A stretch of 32,000 bases of DNA from Ferroglobus placidus DSM 10642 (GCF_000025505.1 NC_013849.1:30001-62000); one strand, 5' to 3'; positions 1-8,107 are shown, counted from the first letter of the stretch. The notes: generated by a model from the sequence alone, not told the origin. A program made the numbers and translations.

Positions 1-1
1 G

Positions 2-211
2 ATGGTAACTTTCGGATACGTAACCCTTCCGCTTGCGATAATCTATGGTTTGGTGTTCGCAATAGTCTTTGCGATCGGAAAGGTGATTTTAAGAATAAAA
101 AAGAGCGATAGGGGGATAATTTACTACTGCATAGCAATAAGCTTACTTCTTTCTTTGATAGCTTATCTTACAATCCTGATCGGACTTTACAGTCTGCTTG
201 TTGGGGGATAG
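2..211 (+). CDS. C-terminal part of a small multi-pass membrane protein (5' end outside window)
   Basis: ORF is open to the left window edge. Translation is two long hydrophobic stretches separated by a basic loop (RIKKSDRG). Stop TAG at 209-211. Confidence 0.4.
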   Translation: MVTFGYVTLPLAIIYGLVFAIVFAIGKVILRIKKSDRGIIYYCIAISLLLSLIAYLTILIGLYSLLVGG

Positions 212-212
212 A

Positions 213-1139
213 ATGATCGAGCTGTGGCGAGATGATCTGATTTACTGGGTTAAGGATGTTGTTATTTCAGAGAAAGGTGTTGTAGCTCTATCACACGGTG
301 CAGTTTACTACTACAATCACGAAGGTGAGCTTTGCTGGGAGGAAGATATAGATGCAACTTCAATCTCACCACACGGCGATGGGATGATTGCTGGATGCGA
401 GGATGGGGAGGTATACTGTTTTGATAATGGTGGAAAAGAGCTCTGGAGATGTGATGTTGGAGAAAAAATTAAGAAAGTCTGTTCTGCAAGCTCTATAACC
501 TGTGCTGCAACTTCAAAGGGGAAAATAATCATTATTAAAAAAGGAAAAATATTGTGGGAATACAAGGCAGGAAGGAAAATTGATGATGTTGCCATTTTCC
601 CTGAGCTGTATGCTGCTGTGATAGCAAAAGACCTCATTACTGGCAGAGTCTTGTTATTTGATGTTTCCGGCAGGATTCTCTGGAATTCAAAAATAAATAC
701 TCATATCGGAGAAGCTTCCTTAGACATCTCTTCAAGATTGATTGTAGTGGGAACTCTGCAAGGAGTCTATCTGTTTGAGAAAAATGGGGATAGAGTATGG
801 AGAAATGCCCTGAGCGGGATCAGAAGTGTAGCAATAACCTCTGACGGAAAATATATTGCAGCGGGAGCCGTTGATGGCAAAGCTTATCTCCTAAGCTATA
901 GGGGAAAAATCGTTTGGAAAAAAGTACTCTCTAGTGCCGTGAGAAAAGTTCTGGTAACTGATGAGGGAAACTATGTATGTAATGACGGGAAAGGTCTCCG
1001 TATTTTCAATCCTCAGGGAGCACTGATATGGAAATTCGAGGGAGATGTTAGCGCTTTTGACATAACCCCTGACCTCTCGAAAATCGTCATTGGCAAAGAA
1101 GATGGTCAACTTATTTTGTTTGGATGGGATGGCAAATGA
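213..1139 (+). CDS. PQQ-like / WD40-like beta-propeller repeat protein
   Basis: A repeated roughly 40-aa unit ends in G-x-(I/L/V)-(L/V/I)-W motifs: GKELWRCDVG, GKILWEYKAG, GRILWNSKI, GDRVWRNAL, GKIVWKKVL, GALIWKFEG. ATG at 213 is preceded by GGGGGAT, making it a better start than the TTG at 198. Confidence 0.65.
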   Translation: MIELWRDDLIYWVKDVVISEKGVVALSHGAVYYYNHEGELCWEEDIDATSISPHGDGMIAGCEDGEVYCFDNGGKELWRCDVGEKIKKVCSASSITCAATSKGKIIIIKKGKILWEYKAGRKIDDVAIFPELYAAVIAKDLITGRVLLFDVSGRILWNSKINTHIGEASLDISSRLIVVGTLQGVYLFEKNGDRVWRNALSGIRSVAITSDGKYIAAGAVDGKAYLLSYRGKIVWKKVLSSAVRKVLVTDEGNYVCNDGKGLRIFNPQGALIWKFEGDVSAFDITPDLSKIVIGKEDGQLILFGWDGK

Positions 1140-1879
1140 TGACTAAAATGAACATAACTATACTTGCAATACTGTTTCTCTTTGTTTTTCCAGCAACCGC
1201 TTTACCCGAGATAAACTTCAACAAAATTCTTTATTTCGATAGCGTAGGTGAAAGCGAGACCCTGAACATCTCTCTCCTGAATGGCTCACCTCTCAGCGAG
1301 CTGACCATCACATTGTATTACAAGAAGGGAATAGAATTAACAAACATAACCTCTGCCTATCCAATCCTGAAAAAGGAATTAAACGAGGAAAATGGAAAAT
1401 TTCACCTCTTCTTAAACTTTCTTACGAAAAACCTCACGGACAACGAAACGGTCATTGCTTCAATTGAAATCAAAGCACTTTCTAAAGGATATTTTCCCAT
1501 GAAGATTGAGGCGTCTGGGCGCTATGAAAACGGGACAACCGTTGACGTTCTCGAAAGGTATTATAGTGTAGAGGTAATATCGGGAGAAGAGAATATCCCC
1601 GAAGCTCAGACTGTAGTGGGTCCTTTATTGATGTTTATGGTGATATTCGGTATGGTCGTTAGTATAGCGATAGTTGCCGGAGTGTTAACACTGCCGATTC
1701 TTATCGTTTACGCTGTCTTGAAAGCAAAAGGAAGAAATATCGATGTTAGATACCTCATCATTGCTTTTGTGTTTGTTCTGCTCTTGGCCTTTACGATGAT
1801 ATTTTGGGGTGTTGTGTATGGGCAAGCTGAAGTTCTTTCTGGCAGCAGTAATTTTGCTTGCTCTGTGTGGGTGTATTGA
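1136..1879 (+). CDS. Secreted/membrane-anchored protein: signal peptide, sequon-rich beta-rich ectodomain, C-terminal TM helices
   Basis: ATGA start/stop overlap with the upstream propeller gene (1136-1139). N-terminal hydrophobic signal (ITILAILFLFVFPATA). At least six N-x-S/T sequons (NIS, NGS, NIT, NLT, NET, NGT). Three hydrophobic helices at the C-terminus. Confidence 0.5.
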   Translation: MMTKMNITILAILFLFVFPATALPEINFNKILYFDSVGESETLNISLLNGSPLSELTITLYYKKGIELTNITSAYPILKKELNEENGKFHLFLNFLTKNLTDNETVIASIEIKALSKGYFPMKIEASGRYENGTTVDVLERYYSVEVISGEENIPEAQTVVGPLLMFMVIFGMVVSIAIVAGVLTLPILIVYAVLKAKGRNIDVRYLIIAFVFVLLLAFTMIFWGVVYGQAEVLSGSSNFACSVWVY

Positions 1880-2882
1880 GGAGAAGCAATCTGCAACCCA
1901 TGTGAATTTCGAACTGATATCGGTAATGAAAGATAACTCCACTTACAAAGCGGTTGTATTTATCAAATCAATTGAGCGTAATAAATCCATTCCTGTTTCA
2001 GCTTTCCTCGTAAAAACAAAAAACAAGATGTTCTCTTTGGATTCAGAAAATGTCTGGGTTCCTGGTTCAGGGAGAATGAGCAGCATTGAAACGGGGAAAA
2101 TTTTCGTCGTTAATTTAAGCGAAAACGACGGATATTTCTGGATATACCCGGCTCACCACAATTCAAGAGTACTGGGTTATCTCCTGGTAGCTTTAACCAA
2201 CTTATCGGAAAAAGAGATTAAAGAGATTCCAATCCCACTGAAACCTCCTGTATTTCCCAGACATTCAGTGGCTTATAAGAACGGAAAGCTTTTCCTGCTT
2301 GACAATACGATTTTTGGAAAAGCTGGGGATGTGATTGATGAGTTTAAAGAAGTAGAAATTAATGAGACCCGCAATCTAAGTTTGAAAAAAGGGTATTCTC
2401 TTAAAAGGATAGTTCTTGGAGTTAGAGGTGCTGACGTGCATGAAATTGTGGTTGCTGTTCACAACAACAGCGGTTTCTGGGTGGAGCCCGGAAATTACGA
2501 GCAGGGAGCTTTTCTCTTCGCTCCGATTGATAGCTCTGAAAAAGCAATAGAGTATCTTAATTTCCTTATGTTCAAAACTCGATATTCCGTAGCAGGCAGA
2601 ACTGCATTCTGGATTAAGAGTGAGGAGGAGTTAAAAAATATTGTCGCTGAAATGGAAAGACATGCATCAGAATTAGGAAGAAAGCTGTTAGTACTAGAGC
2701 ATCCTCCTGTGAATTTTACAGAAGTAAAAGAGTTAAATCAAGCATTTTTGGTCAGAGAGATATACTATACTAAATACCCGGAAAGTATTCGGTATCTGGA
2801 AGCTTTAATTAATGAAAATGGGGAAGTGAAGATTGTGGCAGATCGTATTTGCATTAAAGGAGTTAATTATTCTATGACATAA
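1818..2882 (+). CDS. Putative lipoprotein of unknown function
   Basis: MGKLKFFLAAVILLALCGC is a signal peptide followed by a lipobox-like LALCGC. Long uninterrupted ORF with no family motif I recognise. ATG at 1818 is preferred over GTG at 1809. Overlaps the upstream gene by about 62 nt. Confidence 0.5.
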   Translation: MGKLKFFLAAVILLALCGCIEEKQSATHVNFELISVMKDNSTYKAVVFIKSIERNKSIPVSAFLVKTKNKMFSLDSENVWVPGSGRMSSIETGKIFVVNLSENDGYFWIYPAHHNSRVLGYLLVALTNLSEKEIKEIPIPLKPPVFPRHSVAYKNGKLFLLDNTIFGKAGDVIDEFKEVEINETRNLSLKKGYSLKRIVLGVRGADVHEIVVAVHNNSGFWVEPGNYEQGAFLFAPIDSSEKAIEYLNFLMFKTRYSVAGRTAFWIKSEEELKNIVAEMERHASELGRKLLVLEHPPVNFTEVKELNQAFLVREIYYTKYPESIRYLEALINENGEVKIVADRICIKGVNYSMT

Positions 2883-3056
2883 CTCTAAAAACTAAAAAGA
2901 GCGAATTGTTTCAAAAAGTGAAACGAACTCCAGTACAACCGATTTAAGGGTATTATCGAAGAGTGAAAGAAAATCCTCGTTCGTAGAATCTAATCTTTAG
3001 TTCTTTAGTTGGTATTCCATACAGAAAATTTTATAGGAGACTAAGTTAAATTATTA

Positions 3057-4454
3057 ATGATGGTAGATATCGCTTTGATAAATCCTCGTGGCAGATTCGA
3101 GCTGGCTGAAGAGCTGAATTTCATCTCTCCACCGCTTGGATTGGCGTATCTTGCAGCAGTTCTCAGAATGGAAGGATACAAAGTAAAAATAGTGGATGCG
3201 ATGGCTGAAAGGCTTGAGATAGGAGAAGTTTTGAAGAAAATTAAAGACTGCTTCCTCGTAGGAATTACCGCGACAACTCCTCTTTTCAAAAGATCTTTAG
3301 AGTACGTGAGGGAAATAAAGAAAGCGTTTCCGGAAAAATTCGTTATTCTCGGAGGGGTTCACGTAACTTACAGACCTGCTGAGGGATTAAGAGAAGCTGA
3401 TGCTGTTTGCATAGGCGAGGGAGAGAAAACCATCGTTGAAGTTGCTGAAAGGGTTGAGAGTGGAAGAAGCTTGGAAGGTGTGAGAGGAATTTGGTGGAGA
3501 AAAGATAAAAAGATCGTTAGGAATTTGCCGAGGGAGCCTATTTTTGATCTCGATGCTCTTCCTTTTCCAGCTTTCGATCTTCTTCCCCTTAACAAGTACA
3601 GCTTTATGGAAAGACGGCTTGAAGAGTTTCCGATGATCACCTCTCGCGGCTGCCCCTTTTCATGCCTTTACTGCGTCTCCTCTAAATTTTTTGGTAGGAG
3701 GTACAGAAGTAGAAGTGCGGAAAACGTTGTGGAGGAAATGAAATGGCTGGAAGATGAATTTAACGCTAAACACATCGCTTTCAGCGACGACACCTTCACT
3801 TTAAGCAAAAAAAGGGTTGAGAGCATTTGTGAAAAAATAAAAGAAGAGGGTGTGGATTTAACCTGGAGCTGCGCCTCAAGAGCGGACACAATTGACAGAG
3901 AGCTCGTGAGGATTATGAAGAGGGCGGGATGCACCAGGATGTACTTCGGAGTTGAATCAGCGAGCGAGAGAATTCTAAACTTCTACAGAAAAAAGCTCGA
4001 TATAAAAGCGGTGGAAAGGGCAATAAGGATTTGCAAGGAGGAGGGAATAGAGACGGTGTGCTCATTCATAATAGGCGCTCCAGATGAAAGCGAGGAAGAA
4101 ATGAAGAGAACTTTGAAACTCGCGATGAAACTCGACCCTGACTACGCTCAATTTTCGATCCTCACTCCCTACCCAGGCACCGAGCTTTACGAGATCGCCG
4201 AGAAAGAAAATCTACTAATTACGAAGAATTACGAGGACTACACCGCCGGAAAACCCGTTATGAGAAACGCTCATTTAAGTCCTGAGAGGATTAAAGAGTT
4301 TCTAAACTACTGCTACATGAAGTTTTACGCTCGTCCGAAATATCTCTTCAAAATGGTCTCATCTAAGAACTTCAAACTCGTTTACAGCATAATAAAACGG
4401 CTACTTTTACCGAAAAACGTGTTCAGCCAGTCTATTGCCGAAAAATTAGGTTGA
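3057..4454 (+). CDS. B12-binding-domain radical SAM protein (class B radical SAM)
   Basis: N-terminal Rossmann-like cobalamin-binding region (PPLGLAYLAAVLRMEGYKVKIVD). Canonical CxxxCxxC cluster motif CPFSCLYC encoded at 3651-3674. Typical ITSRGCP context. Confidence 0.85.
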   Translation: MMVDIALINPRGRFELAEELNFISPPLGLAYLAAVLRMEGYKVKIVDAMAERLEIGEVLKKIKDCFLVGITATTPLFKRSLEYVREIKKAFPEKFVILGGVHVTYRPAEGLREADAVCIGEGEKTIVEVAERVESGRSLEGVRGIWWRKDKKIVRNLPREPIFDLDALPFPAFDLLPLNKYSFMERRLEEFPMITSRGCPFSCLYCVSSKFFGRRYRSRSAENVVEEMKWLEDEFNAKHIAFSDDTFTLSKKRVESICEKIKEEGVDLTWSCASRADTIDRELVRIMKRAGCTRMYFGVESASERILNFYRKKLDIKAVERAIRICKEEGIETVCSFIIGAPDESEEEMKRTLKLAMKLDPDYAQFSILTPYPGTELYEIAEKENLLITKNYEDYTAGKPVMRNAHLSPERIKEFLNYCYMKFYARPKYLFKMVSSKNFKLVYSIIKRLLLPKNVFSQSIAEKLG

Positions 4455-5594
4455 TTATCTAATCCTAACTGCAAACATGTCGGCTACGAAAGCGAGTATT
4501 GCGAAAGTAAATAGCACTCCTCCGGCTATAGAAGTTTGGGGAATAACTAAAAGTATTACCCCGAGAGGTGATACGTAAAGAGCGAACTTTCCGATTTTTA
4601 TGTTAAATAAATCAGCTATCATCGGCACATCTTCAACTCCAAGCTTGTCGGCATACTTCTCCATCCACGTAATCATCGGGATGATATGATATTCTGCCCC
4701 AACGATCGTCAGAGCTATCCAGCCGGCTAAAAGAAGGTGAGAGTGCTGGAAAGTTAGATCGAAGAATAAGTTCAGCGGAGCCAAAGTGATTCCAGCGAGT
4801 CCGAAAATTAACGCTACAACGAAAAACTTCACGCTTATATCAAGCTCAGCTTCGCTCTCCGGCTTAGAAGCGAGAGTAAGTAAGAGATTTAAAGCTAACA
4901 GGTAAAAGCTGAGGACGAACAAGGATCCGAAGAACAAAAGTGCCTTTTCTGAATACGTGAAACTGTAAATCATCCCGATGAGAGCAACATTTGAGATCAC
5001 GAACGTTACCCAAGCAAGTTTCTGACTTTTGAGCTTTCTTAAAGAGAGCATCGGAAACAACTCGTAAAGTCCTCCGAAAGTAGTTAGCCCTATCCACCCT
5101 GCAGCTAAGATGTGAGCGTGAACGCGGATGTTGAAAGTGAAAACTCCCAAGAATGCTAAAAGCGCATACGTTATTCCTGCTAAGTAGTAAATTATGGCTA
5201 CAGCAAAAAACCACACCGCTACGCTTGGAGAGAGTCTAGCGGAGGAGATCGTCAAAAAGATCACTATCGCGAACAATATCGCTCCAATTGTGTATATAGC
5301 TGCGGAAATCGAGAGATCTACAATACCGCGCATGGAAAGGGCTAAAAGCACCGTACCAAGATTTAGGAGGTAAAAGCTACCTTCAGCAAGGGCTTTCCCT
5401 CTCAATTCCGTCCCGAGTATCGTCGGAACTATTTGATACATCGCTCCTACGATTGTCAAGCTTACGAAGCCTGCAAGCATTAAATGAGAATGAACGGGTT
5501 TGAAGTAAAATCCAAAAAGGTTGAGAATTCCCAAAAAAGCCGCTACTACCAAGTAAACCAGAGCGGAGTATAGAAATTTTAAGGCTAAATTCAT
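4455..5594 (-). CDS. 12-TM integral membrane protein with three internal repeats, each carrying an HxH...G...Y..(I/V/F)P motif; family unknown (heme-copper-oxidase-like?)
   Basis: Motifs are HSHLMLAGFVSLTIVGAMYQIVP (aa 35-57), HAHILAAGWIGLTTFGGLYELFP (aa 159-181) and HSHLLLAGWIALTIVGAEYHIIP (aa 284-306), spaced 124-125 aa apart. GGAGGT sits 5 nt upstream of the ATG at 5594. It is the last gene of a coupled operon. Confidence 0.7.
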   Translation of the reverse strand: MNLALKFLYSALVYLVVAAFLGILNLFGFYFKPVHSHLMLAGFVSLTIVGAMYQIVPTILGTELRGKALAEGSFYLLNLGTVLLALSMRGIVDLSISAAIYTIGAILFAIVIFLTISSARLSPSVAVWFFAVAIIYYLAGITYALLAFLGVFTFNIRVHAHILAAGWIGLTTFGGLYELFPMLSLRKLKSQKLAWVTFVISNVALIGMIYSFTYSEKALLFFGSLFVLSFYLLALNLLLTLASKPESEAELDISVKFFVVALIFGLAGITLAPLNLFFDLTFQHSHLLLAGWIALTIVGAEYHIIPMITWMEKYADKLGVEDVPMIADLFNIKIGKFALYVSPLGVILLVIPQTSIAGGVLFTFAILAFVADMFAVRIR

Positions 5595-5595
5595 T

Positions 5596-5772
5596 TCAGA
5601 CCTCCTCTATCTCTCTGATAAGATCTTCAACCTTTAGTCCTCTAAATTCTGCCGCATCTTTAATCTTCACGTTACCTCCACAACAATCACAAATCCCGTA
5701 TTTAAAAAGGACCCTTTTAGCAGCGGGTTTTCTCCTTAAAACTTCTGCAACCGTCATATCCGGAGAGATCAT
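5596..5772 (-). CDS. DUF1858-type small protein (hybrid-cluster-protein-associated redox disulfide domain family)
   Basis: ISPDMTVAEVLRRKPAAKRVLFKYGI-CDCCGG...AAEFRGLKVEDLIREIE matches my recollection of the DUF1858/ScdA_N-like pattern. ATG at 5772 is preceded by GGTGAT with 4-nt spacing, so it is preferred over the GTG at 5781. Confidence 0.6.
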   Translation of the reverse strand: MISPDMTVAEVLRRKPAAKRVLFKYGICDCCGGNVKIKDAAEFRGLKVEDLIREIEEV

Positions 5773-5773
5773 A

Positions 5774-6274
5774 TTAATCACCTTCCACCTTTATGTACCT
5801 CGTAACGTCGACAATTCCTCCCTTTCTCCTCTTCTTTTCAGCGAGTATCTTCATAACTTCCTCGTACTTATCTCCCAAGCACTTTTCAGCGTAGCTGCAC
5901 CACTCTACGCAGCTGTCTATTTCGAATATTACTTCCTTTCCACAGTTCTCGCAAACACCTTTTATTTCGTCCGTCCACCTTTCAATGTCAGCTCCGCAGT
6001 AGGGACATTTCACGATCTCGAGGGAAGGTCTGAAGATCGTCGATACCCCCGGACAGCTTCCCGGAATGATCTCCGGCTCTCTTATTTCAAGTTTTACGTA
6101 TCCGTCTTCCTCTTTATACTTTACGATATATCCTTCATCGTGAAGTTTCTTTATCAAAGCTTCGGGTTTCGTTTCTATGATAACGTCCAAGTTACCTACC
6201 TCGCGAACTTTCTCAAGAATTAAACTGAACCTCTTGTCTCTGTCCATTCCCCTTACATCCAAAACCTCTACCAT
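5774..6274 (-). CDS. DUF2249-like N-terminal domain fused to a Cys-rich zinc-ribbon-like C-terminal domain
   Basis: N-terminus (VLDVRGMDRDKRFSLILEKV...LDVIIETKPEALIKKL) is paralogous to the upstream DUF2249 gene. C-terminus has CPYCG...CENCG plus CVEWCSYAEKC. ATG at 6274 is preceded by AAGGAGGG and is preferred over the ATG at 6304. Confidence 0.55.
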   Translation of the reverse strand: MVEVLDVRGMDRDKRFSLILEKVREVGNLDVIIETKPEALIKKLHDEGYIVKYKEEDGYVKLEIREPEIIPGSCPGVSTIFRPSLEIVKCPYCGADIERWTDEIKGVCENCGKEVIFEIDSCVEWCSYAEKCLGDKYEEVMKILAEKKRRKGGIVDVTRYIKVEGD

Positions 6275-6276
6275 GC

Positions 6277-6483
6277 TTAAGCCCTCCTTATTCGAACAAT
6301 CCACTTCTCACCATCAAACTTCGACTCGCAAACGTAACCTTTCTCCTTCAGCATAGCCATCAACGGCTTAGGCTCAACCTCGACTATCAATTCCAGCTCC
6401 CCATGCTCTTGCAGTTTCTTCATAACGAGGGGCGGTCTTTCTGGATGGGGCAAACCTCTAACGTCGAGCCTCTCCATAACCAT
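6277..6483 (-). CDS. DUF2249-family small protein
   Basis: LDVRGLPHPERPPLVMKKLQEHGELELIVEVEPKPLMAMLKEKGY fits the DUF2249 pattern (LDVR.L.p.eR.p.i...l..GE...l....P.PL). Its ATG overlaps the DUF59 stop (TGATG). Confidence 0.6.
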   Translation of the reverse strand: MVMERLDVRGLPHPERPPLVMKKLQEHGELELIVEVEPKPLMAMLKEKGYVCESKFDGEKWIVRIRRA

Positions 6484-6755
6484 CACTTCGTGAGTAACTC
6501 GTTAAGCTCTTCCTCCTTCACGTATCCGGTAACTTTTACCTTCGCTTTAACTCCCAAATCTTCCACACTTCGCTTTATAGCAAAAGCGAGCTGCTGACCT
6601 ATTGGACAGAAAGGCGAGGAAGGTCGGAACGTGATGTGAACTTCGTTATCCTTAACTTCAAGTTCCTCGATCAGTCCCATATCCCAAACATTCTGTCTCG
6701 TGTGGGGGTCTATAACCTTCTTCAATCTCTCAACTACTTCCTCTTTACTTACCAT
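6483..6755 (-). CDS. DUF59 / MIP18-family Fe-S assembly-related protein
   Basis: VVERLKKVIDPHTRQNVWDMGLI...ITFRPSSPFCPIGQQLA is the typical DUF59 signature (V.DPe....i.dlGlv, conserved Cys-Pro). GGTGGT lies upstream of the ATG. Confidence 0.7.
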   Translation of the reverse strand: MVSKEEVVERLKKVIDPHTRQNVWDMGLIEELEVKDNEVHITFRPSSPFCPIGQQLAFAIKRSVEDLGVKAKVKVTGYVKEEELNELLTK

Positions 6756-6783
6756 GTCCTACCACCAAAGAATCTTTGTTCTC

Positions 6784-6795
6784 AAAATATAATAG
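6784..6795 (-). promoter_or_regulatory. Candidate TATA box for the 6755->4455 operon
   Basis: The minus strand reads CTATTATATTTT about 30-40 nt upstream of the ATG at 6755, and it is the only A/T-box-like element in the 61-bp gap. Confidence 0.3.
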
Positions 6796-6816
6796 CCTAC
6801 TCCCGAAAAACTTAGG

Positions 6817-7485
6817 TTAGTCGATGAGAAGATATTTTCTCAGCTCATCTTCGAAGTTTTCTTCAATTACGCTCACAATTTTCCCGCTCAGTATGCTGTA
6901 AACTCTCGCTACATACGGTAGAATACTTTCAACTCTTTCGTGGGTTATAATAGCTATCCCCATCTCTTTCGATTTTTCTACGAGGATTTTCAGAACTCTC
7001 TCGAAAACTTTTTCCGACAGTCCGGCGAAAGGCTCGTCTAAAAGCAGATACTTCGGCTTCGAAATAAGGCTTCTCGCCAAAACCACAAGTTGCCTTTCTC
7101 CCCCACTCAAATTTCCAGCTTTTAGCTTTAGAAGCTTTTTCAGTTCTGGAAAAAGCTTTAAAGCCTCGTTGATGTCTCCGGTAATCTTTAAATTTTCTTT
7201 TACGCTGAGGTTTTCTGCGACCCTCATTCTTTCTGGAGAGTAGACTACGCCAAGCCTAAACCGCTCATGAGCTTTCATTTTACTCGCATCAACACCATCG
7301 ACGATAACGCTCCCGCCGTGTTTTAATATTCCGGCGATGCATTTAAAAAAAGTAGTTTTTCCGCTTCCGTTCGGTCCGAGCAGCAGCACGATCTCTCCTT
7401 TTCTCAATTCAATGTAGCAGTTCTCGAGCACTCTTTTTCCGTCAGCGTAGTAGCTTATTCTTTCAGCTTTCAACAATTTTTCCAC
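6817..7485 (-). CDS. livF: Branched-chain amino acid-type ABC transporter ATP-binding protein (LivF-like)
   Basis: Walker A GPNGSGKT, signature LSGGERQ, Walker B LLLDEP. Last gene of an SBP-permease-permease-ATPase-ATPase operon. Confidence 0.8.
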   Translation of the reverse strand: MEKLLKAERISYYADGKRVLENCYIELRKGEIVLLLGPNGSGKTTFFKCIAGILKHGGSVIVDGVDASKMKAHERFRLGVVYSPERMRVAENLSVKENLKITGDINEALKLFPELKKLLKLKAGNLSGGERQLVVLARSLISKPKYLLLDEPFAGLSEKVFERVLKILVEKSKEMGIAIITHERVESILPYVARVYSILSGKIVSVIEENFEDELRKYLLID

Positions 7486-8107
7486 CCTCCATTTTCAGAA
7501 AGCGATCAGCCAGGTTTGCGAGAATTCTTTTTCTGTGGGAGGTTATAATCATCGTTAAACCTTCTTCTTTTAGCTTTTCTACTTTCTCCCTAACTCTAAA
7601 GACGTTTTCCACATCAAGTCCAGCGAAAGGCTCGTCTAAAAGAAGAACTCTCGGATTCGTTGCATAAGCTTTCAGAATCTCAAGAAGCCTTGACTCCCCG
7701 TGGGAGATAAACTCGACCTTCCTATCTGCTATATACTCAAGACCCCACTCTTTGAGCATTTTTCTCGCAAGCTCGAAAGACTCTTCAACGCTGTGGTAGT
7801 TCATCAAAACAACTGCCAGGTTTTCCAAGGCAGTCATCTCTCTAAAATTTCTCGGAATCTGAAAGGCGTAAACAACTCCGAGCTTGACCATTTTTTCCGG
7901 AGGTAGTGCCGTTACGTTCAAGTCGTCGAGAAAGACTTTTCCGCAGCTTGGCTTTTCTATTCCGGCTATTATCTTCATTAAAGTACTCTTTCCGCTTCCG
8001 TTCGGTCCGAACAGTCCGAGAGTTTCCCCTTCTTCAAGATCGAAGCTCACGTTTTTGAGTATCATAACCCTTCCCTTAGACTTTGAGACGTTCCTGACCT
8101 TTAGCAT
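7463..8107 (-). CDS. livG: Branched-chain amino acid-type ABC transporter ATP-binding protein (LivG-like)
   Basis: Walker A GPNGSGKS, LivG-style signature region ISHGESRLLEI, Walker B LLLDEP. Start is uncertain (ATG at 8107 giving MLKVRNVS, or 8122). Either start overlaps the end of livM. Confidence 0.75.
   Translation of the reverse strand: MLKVRNVSKSKGRVMILKNVSFDLEEGETLGLFGPNGSGKSTLMKIIAGIEKPSCGKVFLDDLNVTALPPEKMVKLGVVYAFQIPRNFREMTALENLAVVLMNYHSVEESFELARKMLKEWGLEYIADRKVEFISHGESRLLEILKAYATNPRVLLLDEPFAGLDVENVFRVREKVEKLKEEGLTMIITSHRKRILANLADRFLKMEGGKIVES

Noticed and set aside
4864-5214. 116-aa minus-strand ORF inside the 12-TM membrane protein gene
   Set aside because: It is an alternative frame of the same strand within a gene whose main frame has a coherent repeat structure. 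The translation is not protein-like.
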